Of a stretch of 64,000 bases of DNA, positions 54,785 through 64,000 are shown one piece after another. The notes beneath the pieces were generated by a model, which made no database searches, was not told the DNA's origin, and saw nothing but the letters and a program-made list of their open reading frames with translations. Position numbers and translations under genes: made by a program. Where the stretch lies: positions 15,314,001 to 15,378,000 of the forward strand of contig OX597834.1 in assembly GCA_951406725.2 (NCBI GenBank), given 5' to 3'. The number at the start of each line of letters is the position of its first letter. Within the stretch, counting starts at the first letter, position 1. Source of the stretch: Octopus vulgaris. Its lineage: Eukaryota.

Positions 54785-54950
54785 GCGCAGGTGTTGCTCT
54801 GTGGTAAGAATCTTGCTTCCGAACCACATAGTCCCTTGCTCTGTCCCACCGCATCGTGATTGGGCAAGTGTATTTTACTATAATCTCGGTCCGACCAAAG
54901 TTTTTTGAGTGGATTTGGAAGACGGAAACTGAAAGAATCCCTTCGTGCAT
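54785..54950 (+). mobile_element. SINE family A, diverged 5' half
   Basis: TGGGCAAGTG, GAGTGGATTTGG, ACGGAAACTGAAAGAA blocks. Confidence 0.7.
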
Positions 54951-55269
54951 ATGTGTGTGTGTCTGTTTGCGTGTAAGACGTGTGCATGGAATGCCTGTAT
55001 GTATTTATTTATGTATGTATCTATGTATGTACGTACATATAAGGATTGCTGGATGGCCGTCGATTCAACGAAGCGGATATTTTCGATAAAGTGAACTAAC
55101 TACGCAGTCAGTCAGCGTGACACATTACGGGTCAGACTGAAGGTAAAAAAAAAATTCCACTTGTGCAACATACTACTCAGTGGGAAAAGGCTAGCGATCT
55201 TTAGATTGGCAAGCCTTAATCTAAGGAACTCGGTTATCCAACGCCAATATGCCAATATATACATATACG

Positions 55270-55322
<53 letters not shown>

Positions 55323-55421
55323 GTGTGTGTTAGAGAGAGAGTGTGTGTGTTTGTGCATATATATAATTATATATATATAAAGATGCATACACAAACATAC
55401 ATGTAAATGTATATATATATA

Positions 55422-55810
55422 TCTTTATATGTAAAAGTGAAGTTGTGTGTCTGTCTCCTACGATTTAGATTCCTAACTACTCCCACATTTTGCGGTGCAG
55501 TGTAACCAAAAGCGGGTATCTTATAGTCGTGATTCATATCGAGCCCTTCTGGGTATTAGCGCACGTCTACGTTGAGTGTACGATTTAAAAAAAATTACCA
55601 TCATTTTTTCCCATTTTTAATGCATTATTTTGCTATTATATAAGGGAAGTAACTCTCTAAAAATTTATTATTAAATCTCAGAACGTAAAAAGCTACAGTA
55701 ACACCCCCCTTTGTGGTTAGCCATATTGAAATGGCTATTATACTTTACATTTCTAAAAATGCTTATATAGTTATTTCCCTTACAAACCCGAGCAACGCCG
55801 GACGATAGTG

Positions 55811-55814
<4 letters not shown>
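55422..55814 (+). mobile_element. Non-autonomous Helitron
   Basis: 5' TC terminus after A; 3' CCCGAGCAACGCCGG hairpin-like motif then CTAA (CTRR) followed by T. Confidence 0.75.
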
Positions 55815-55859
<45 letters not shown>

Positions 55860-56130
55860 GTACATAATGATATGGATATATATATATTGTTATTTCGCTT
55901 ATATATATATGGGTGCCTTTCGTAGGTATATTTATATACACCTAAAGACGCCTATTTCACCGTTTTTCTGTTACTAATTTATTTTTATGTCAGCCTACGA
56001 CGCGAAAGAAAGAGCAAGATCAATCACATTACTTCTCCTCCTCCCCCCTCTCTCTCTCTCTCTCTCATTCATCTCGTCTCTTTCACTATCACCCCTCTCT
56101 CACACTCACACCGACTCACTATTTACCAAT

Positions 56131-56179
<49 letters not shown>

Positions 56180-56308
56180 TGTGTGTATATATTCATGTAT
56201 GTATGTATATATATATATATATATATGTGTATATATGTGCATACATGTATGTGTATAAATATATACGTATATCTATATGTATATATATATGTATACATAT
56301 ATATATAC

Positions 56309-56345
<37 letters not shown>

Positions 56346-56447
56346 TACATTTATACGTATACATATAAATATATATACGTATATGTAACTATATATACAT
56401 TGCATAAATATATATCCGTATCTATACATATTTATACATGTCCTTGT

Positions 56448-56481
<34 letters not shown>

Positions 56482-57149
56482 GTGTATGTATGTATGTATG
56501 TATGTGTAGGTGTGTTTTCTATTGTCCCCTCTCTCCCAGGCTCCTTCCTACTCTACTTTATCGTCTCTTCCCACCACTCTTTCTCTCTCCCTTTCCCTCT
56601 CCCTCTCTCCCTCTCTCTCTCCCTCTCTCTCTCCCTCTCTCCCTCTCTCTATTTCTCTCCCTCTAGTATGGTTATATTATTTTACTCCGCAACTTTTCCA
56701 TTACAATATATTTAACTTATTTTCGTTCTTATTATTTACATCTTTATCTTTCCACTTTGACATTGAATTGTGTTTTCATTCTGTTGTTTATTTTTCTTGT
56801 TTTTTATTGGTTTCTTTTGGGTTTTTTCCGCATTATTTTACCTTGTTCCTTTTTTTTCTGTTTCTGAGTATTCTGTTGCGCTTTTTAAAATTTTTTTTAT
56901 TTGTGATTATTCTTTATTTATTTCTTGTTGCATTTCTTTTATAGGTTTGTTGGTGTTGTTTTTGCGTGGGTGGGGTGATGTCGGGCGGGGGGTGTATGTC
57001 TTTTATTAAACGGACTCTAAAATCTAATAAATGATTGCTCGAAAATAACGTATAAGTAAAAAAAATTAAAGCGAAATAAATTTCAAAAAATAGAGAAATA
57101 AAAGAAAAACTCATAAATAAACAAAAAATAATCATTAAATAGACAGAAA

Positions 57150-57483
57150 TAATGATAATAATAATAATAATAATAATAATATTAATAATATTAATAATAA
57201 TGACTATGACGGTGACTATGACTATGACGGTCATGATCATCTTGATGATGATGGTGGAGTTGGTGGTGGTGTTGATGGTGGTTGTGGTATTGATGATGAC
57301 GATGATGATGATGATGATGATGATGATAACAGCAACGACAAAAATTTTGATGATATAGATAATGCTAAAGATGGTAATGAGGAGGAGCAGAATAATGAGG
57401 GGGAGAAGAAGAGGAGAGAGAGGAGGTGGAGGAGGATTAAGATGATCACCATGATGCAAAAAATTAACAGCAGTAGCAGCGGC

Positions 57484-57514
<31 letters not shown>

Positions 57515-57718
57515 GTAGTAGTAAAATGATAATAACAATAATAAAAAAACAACAGTAATAACATTAATAATAATAATGATAATGATAATAATAATGATAA
57601 TAATAATAGTAATAATAATAATAACAATAATAATAATAATGATAATAATAATAATGATAATAATAGTAATAATAATAATAATGATAATAATAATAATAAT
57701 AATGATAATGATGATGAT

Positions 57719-57756
<38 letters not shown>

Positions 57757-57865
57757 TAATAATAATAATGATAATAACAATAATAATAATAATAGTAATG
57801 ATAATAATAATAATAATAATGATAATAATAATAATAATAATGATAATAATAATAATAATGATAGT
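57150..57865. repeat. Trinucleotide low-complexity block (AAT/GAT/GGT/AGT); similar blocks at 26845-27250 and 52465-52690
   Basis: Direct reading of the sequence. Confidence 0.9.
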
Positions 57866-58078
57866 ATTAATCCTGATATTGTATTACTAGTTTCTTTCGA
57901 AGTAAGGCTTCACAATTAAAGTTGAATGGTGACTGGACAATAAAAAAGAATGCAACATAAATCTACTAATCTTTTGTCTGGTTTTCGTTTTGTTGGGTAT
58001 TTTGTCCGGCGTTCCTTTTGTGTGTTTTCATTTACATATATATATGTGTGTGTGTACTAGCGTCAGTGTTTGTGTATG

Positions 58079-58126
<48 letters not shown>

Positions 58127-58340
58127 AGTGTGTGTGTGCGAATGTATGCATCTGTATATATTTATACATTTATACGTATACCTATATATATATATATATA
58201 TGTATATTTACACATATATATGAATATATATAATGTATACATTTACATACACACACGTATATGTATAAATATATGTGTGTATATATATATTTACTATAGT
58301 CATATATTCATGATGTATGTGTGCGTGATGCAAATTTATG

Positions 58341-58377
<37 letters not shown>

Positions 58378-58509
58378 TTGCATATATATACACACATAAA
58401 TACATATACATATATATATACACATCTATATTTATATATATATATACATTTATATGCGTGTGTTTATCTATCTATATATACATATATATATATATGTGTG
58501 TGTGTGTGT

Positions 58510-58559
<50 letters not shown>

Positions 58560-59224
58560 GTATAAAGACACTAATATACATGGGAAGAGTCGATGTAATA
58601 TGTTTACATTTTTATCTTTTGTTCTTTTTGTTTTTGTTTCTGTTGTTATTTTGTCGTGTATAGATTTGTTGTCTTTTTTTATCTTTATTGTTGTTTACAT
58701 TGTTGCCATTTTGACTTTAATCAATAACTCTTCTTTACCGAATCAATTTTTAACCTATTATTTCGTAGGTTGGCTACAGATATTGGTAGTTGACGAAATA
58801 TAGAAAGATGTATAAATGTTTCAGCGAAAGCAAAACAAAAAGGAATTGAATGAAATACACATACAATGAAAAAATAGATGGCAAAAAACAAGAGAGAATT
58901 GTAGAGAGAAAATGAAAGAAAAAAAATGAAAGAGTCAAAGAAAATCAGAAAGAAAAGAAGGAAAGTAAATACAAATAACGAAAAATGAATGAAAGGAAAC
59001 AAAACAGAGGAAACCGCTAGAAAGAGAGAATAGGAAAAAAAAAAAAGAAACAAACAAACAAACGGAGAAGGAAAGAGTCTAGAAAACGAACCAACGAAAA
59101 GCAGAATTGAATGAGTGAAAGAAAGACTTGTTTCCGTACCGGAAAAAATGTTGAGCGGCATTTTTATCCGTCTCCACTTTCTGAGTTCGAATTCCGCTGC
59201 GGTCGACTTTACCTTTCATCCTTT

Positions 59225-59490
59225 CCTAATATCAATTATTCCTCTGCCACCATTCTTTCTTTTCATATACAGTCTGTTTACGTTTGCTTTAGGGTGTAGC
59301 GCCCCATGCCGCGTCACCAACTTTTTCGTCCTTCTATCCAGTGTTGAAATTTCATCCTTAATCCATTTGAGGATGTATGCAATATATCTGACTATTGCAG
59401 CTGCCCAGATATTTATTGCAGTGATTAAACTTTTGGCATTCAAGTGGGATTTCAACACCATCTTCACCCTTGATATGCCTCGCGGACCTT
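59225..59490 (-). pseudogene. R4/Dong-like non-LTR RT C-terminal fragment
   Basis: LNAKSLITAINIWA..VRY..LDRRTKKLVTRHGALHPKANVNRLYMKRKNGGRG is typical of R4-clade elements; abuts (ATT)n. Confidence 0.8.
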
Positions 59491-59492
59491 GA

Positions 59493-59543
<51 letters not shown>

Positions 59544-59544
<1 letters not shown>

Positions 59545-59975
59545 GAGTGAGAGAGCAGTGCATATCATCGAAGTGACACTTGGATACGAATACCCGAAGC
59601 CTGATATACCCATCATGGCTACCCGTCTGATAAGGGTGCACCAGGGATATGCATCACAAACATATTACCCGATATGGCGGCCTTATATCGAGATAAACAG
59701 TGCATGACCTTGCAGGTGGAGCAAAGTTAGAATTTTCTTCAGATTGAGTAGCCCATCCGACTCAAAATATTTCTCAATGAGGGTTCTATTAAGGATGTTG
59801 AACGAAACACCTATGCCTCGAGACATGAATTATTCAAACCCCAAAGAATTCTTCTCAACGAGTAGGATTATTGCATCTCCTACTCATGATCAGAGATGTA
59901 GATATCGTTATCCAATAAGGGACATGCTCAACAGGGTAAGGCCAAGCAACTGAGCAAATCTGTGGCGAGATTGAG
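59544..59975 (-). mobile_element. ~420 bp interspersed repeat, second copy
   Basis: Colinear with 214-632 (AAGTGACACT, CTGATAAG, GATCAGAGATG, GCAAATCTGTGG). Confidence 0.75.
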
Positions 59976-59977
59976 CC

Positions 59978-60335
59978 ATCACCGTTTCTTCGAAGCGAAA
60001 CACGAAGATTGCGTTGTTAGAATTAAGGCCCATGTGCTCACACTGGAAGGAACTAAAGCTGTCCAATGGACCCCAACGGTGCGGACGCGACTCGGAAACA
60101 AAACCGCAATCAGGTCTTTGACGGATAGGGATGGGCGCGAGCTACGCGGCCCCGAGCAGATGTGTGTGGCTTTTCTACAGCACTTTGCGCCGCTCTTTGG
60201 AGAGGGCGACGGGTCGACGACGGTTCTTGGAATTTAGAGCTCGTAACTGGACTGCACATCTTGCTGCGGTTGTCCACACCTGATGCGAGGATATGTGAAA
60301 GGTCGATAACAGGCGATGAAATTTCCGGGCGATGA
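59978..60335 (+). pseudogene. Relic of a second, diverged Tx1-family ORF2
   Basis: KHEDCVVRIKA..EG..W..GNKTAIRSLTD..G..MC.AF..HFAPLFG and RLSTPDARICERSITGDE align with ORF2 KHEGCRVRAK..EG..W..GNDATIGSLVD..G..MCEAL..HFAELFG..RLSTREAECCEGPITAEE. Confidence 0.85.
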
Positions 60336-60884
60336 CCGATTGTACATGTTGCAGATCGCCCGGTTTGGATGGTCAGCAAAGGAGGCGACTTTTCCCGTAC
60401 TGCTGTCACGACTCCTGTCCAAGCCGCCTCATCAGCCACTAATTGTGTTCTTCATACTTATAGAGAACGTGAGAATAATTACTGAAATAATATGATAGGT
60501 AATTTTGCAGTTAAATGCAATGGCGGTTTCTCCTCTTTTTATATTTTCTTTCCTATTAATAGTACACGCGACCGAGATCGTTGATATATCATTGTGTATG
60601 ATGTTTTCGTTGTTATTGTTGATTTTATTGATGATGATGGTGATAGTGGTGATGCAGCTGGCGGGGCTGTTGTTACAGTAGGAAGTCGTTCAGAGAGGCA
60701 TGGTAATGAAGCTGCTGTCCGTGTTGTTAGTAATGCACTTACACTCCTCAATGTTTCTTGAAGTGTTACTGATATTTAGATTTTGCAGCTGCTAACGATG
60801 TGATTTGCGCGTATGTGTCTACAGTATTGTGCTTATATATATAGATAGATAGATAGATATAGATATAGATAGATATATAGATAT

Positions 60885-60927
<43 letters not shown>

Positions 60928-61112
60928 TATATATAGCATATGTATATATACATGTATATATACATGTATATGTATATATATATATGTATATATATATACA
61001 TATGTATATATATATATATACATATGTATATATACATATGTATATATATATATATACATATGTATATATACATATATATATACATATATATATGTATGTA
61101 TATATTCATATA

Positions 61113-61152
<40 letters not shown>

Positions 61153-61166
61153 TATACATATATATA

Positions 61167-61253
<87 letters not shown>

Positions 61254-61380
61254 TTTGTTTCCGACGAAGAGCTCCGCTCGAAACGTTTAAACCCTCCTTC
61301 TTTCCTGAGCGTCCAATAATACTATATTTGTTCCACGTCCTCGCGTTGGTGTGTTTTTTTGTGCTTTCATGTTTGGATTA

Positions 61381-61437
<57 letters not shown>

Positions 61438-61521
61438 ATGTGTTGGTGTGTATATTTATATGTATATACATATGCATATATACGTATATATACATGCATA
61501 AATATATATCTGTATATAAAC

Positions 61522-61576
<55 letters not shown>

Positions 61577-61978
61577 ACACATGAGCCTAGGCACGTAAAG
61601 TAGGCAGTGCCTACCTTGAATAAAGTAGGTCGAAAGCAGCATTTTCCTCTTATGGCAAAATATGCTTCCAATTCTAGGAAATTATGAAGGTTAGTTAGAT
61701 TACTACGCATAAAATGTAAGATATTGAAATTTTCTTTTGATTAGGTTGGCATAATTCGTCCCTGCTTTTCAATCTCAGCATTTAAGCTACACATAGTCCT
61801 GCTGTAGTACATATGCTGCGTCCATTCCTACAACAACATTTTCTTTACGTGCTATGAAGGCAGAAGTAACCCTGCCGTCAGCTCAGTAGTGCGCCTGTTT
61901 TTCGCTTATTTTTTATCGCTTTACTACATAAAGGTCGCCAAATGCTTACCCTGAGTAATTACTGACGGCACGTGACTG

Positions 61979-62013
<35 letters not shown>

Positions 62014-62108
62014 ATATACTGTATTGTATATAAAGAGATAAGGAATTATGCACGTTATTTACATAATTTATATTCAACGGATATTTGTCCATATCTTGTT
62101 TGTTGTTA

Positions 62109-62153
62109 ACACAACTTTTCGGCTAATATAACTTTCCAGCCTTCATCAGGTGT
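62109..62153 (-). ncRNA. Candidate minimal type I hammerhead ribozyme (Penelope-like)
   Basis: ACAC-CTGATGA-A-GGCTG-loop-TAGCC-GAAA-AGTT-GTGT: core, stem I and stem II present, stem III minimal. Confidence 0.6.
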
Positions 62154-62249
62154 CTTGGGGGAAGTTTCGAACCTGGGTTCTCATTCCTGAGGTATTTTTC
62201 GATATTACTATAATAATAATAATATTAATTATTATTATTATTATTATTA

Positions 62250-62360
62250 TTCTATGTTTGACTTTTGCTTTATGTTTGTACAAGTTGGCTCCAAGTCTCA
62301 CCTAGAGACCTCAAGAGACAACAGGTTGGAAGTTCACGTTGTTGTTGTGCCTAGTTGTTA
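62250..62360 (-). mobile_element. Short retroposon 3' end inside (ATT)n, possibly R4/Dong-type
   Basis: Unique ~110 bp flanked by ATT repeats on both sides; minus strand ends CAAAAGTCAAACATAGAATAATAAT. Confidence 0.4.
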
Positions 62361-62367
62361 TGCCTAG

Positions 62368-62412
<45 letters not shown>

Positions 62413-62561
62413 GGGTTATTGTTTAGAATCCAATGCGGAATCTTGGAGTTATTAGCCCACATTCTTAACCACTAGCCCACCGTATCGGCGATCTGGATGT
62501 TTTGTTGTCCCTTTTTGTATCACTTAGTTGTCCGGATGCTTTGCGTTCTTGACCTGTTCTG

Positions 62562-62616
<55 letters not shown>

Positions 62617-62658
62617 TGTATATGTATGTATGTATGTATGTATTTATGTATTTATACG

Positions 62659-62689
<31 letters not shown>

Positions 62690-62935
62690 ACGTATATATA
62701 AATATATATATATAGATATATACATATATGTACATATCTATACGTATATATACGCATATATACGTATATATATATATATGTATTTATATATATATATATA
62801 CGTATATATACGTATACATATATATATATATATATGTATGTATATATATATATATATATATATACGTATATATACGTATACATATATATATAGTATATAT
62901 ACGTATACACATATATATATAGTATATATACGTAT

Positions 62936-62981
<46 letters not shown>

Positions 62982-63236
62982 TTATATATATATGTATATA
63001 TATATACGTATATATATGAGTTTATATATATATATATATAAATTCTTAATATTACAAAGTATAATTTTTATTCGTAATTTTTAATTCGTAATTTTTAATC
63101 TTTAATGCTTAATTGTATTGTTTATTTTAAAGGGATATAAAATTAGATATATATAATATTTTGAAATAGAACCTGAAGATGTGTTGGAATAATTGTAAAT
63201 CTGACAATTGCATATATGTATTTATATATGTATATA

Positions 63237-63292
<56 letters not shown>

Positions 63293-63660
63293 TATACAGT
63301 TGTGATATTGTATATACATTCTAATCTTCTAATACTGAAACACGTGTCGTTCTTTCATATTTAATAAATATAAGTAATAACTGAAGTATTATATAATTGA
63401 TGAGGTGCGTTATATACCCAGTTGGAAATTTTAGTATATATATACATATATCTATATGGATATATATATATAGAGAGAGAGAGAGACACATACACATATT
63501 TATATAGACGTAATATATAAATATACTTGTATATATAATATGCATATATATATATATATAATTATATATATATAAATATAATTATATATATACGTATATA
63601 TATATAATTATATATGTAAATATAATTATATAATTATATATATACGTATATATATATATA

Positions 63661-64000
63661 ATGAAAATTTTAATGAGACGGCGTACGAAATTTTCAAATC
63701 GCCTAAACAAACAGATTGAAAGCAGTGAAAAGTCCCGCCTAAAAATAAAACTGTTGGAAATCGAAAAATGTCTGCAACTCTCCCATGAAAAAGAAAGAGC
63801 AGACAAAGAAGCCTGGGCTATAGAAAACATAAAATCTAACCCCAGAGCTTTCTACAGGTATGCCAAAGAAACAGCTACAGTGCACTGTAGAATAGGGCCA
63901 CTCCTCGAAAAGGATGGCACACTTACAGGAAAACCAATGAGGGTAAGTGAAATACTGAATGAGCAATTCAAGAGTGTTTTCACTCCACCCCTTGGGCATC
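63661..64000 (+). mobile_element. CR1-clade LINE ORF2 fragment, open to the window end
   Basis: Frame from 63661: ...ENIKSNPRAFYRYAK..RIGPLLEKDG..SEILNEQFKSVFT, the EN-RT linker signature; no stop codon in the window. Confidence 0.85.

Noticed and set aside
60539-60775. S/T/P-rich minus-strand ORF in unique-looking DNA, possible host exon
   Set aside because: Short, low complexity, no recognisable domain, no convincing splice pair; needs RNA-seq.

Overview
Eukaryotic, very AT-rich, microsatellite-saturated DNA. The repeat landscape looks like Octopus/coleoid cephalopod (inference). I can support no host protein-coding gene, and almost all ORF-track entries are (TA)n/(CA)n/(AAT)n artefacts. 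The window is a dense community of mobile elements. Its centrepiece is a ~5.4 kb, apparently full-length L1/Tx1-clade LINE (41314-46750) with a gag-knuckle ORF1 and an APE-RT-zinc-finger ORF2, each broken only by one homopolymer indel. It is inserted between the A and B boxes of a tRNA-derived SINE ('family A'). Its last ~60 nt are shared with one tail variant of a second SINE ('family B'): a 26-nt identical block, a covarying hairpin and a GAAATA end. Together these suggest a SINE-targeting LINE with its own non-autonomous SINE partner. Also present: at least four SINE families, fold-back palindromes and short repeats carrying minimal hammerhead-ribozyme motifs (Penelope-like), relics of RTE, CR1, R4/Dong-like, Tc1/mariner and Helitron/Helentron elements, and several minisatellites. 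Family names A-D are my own labels. Coordinates were read by eye, and ends may be off by a few bases.
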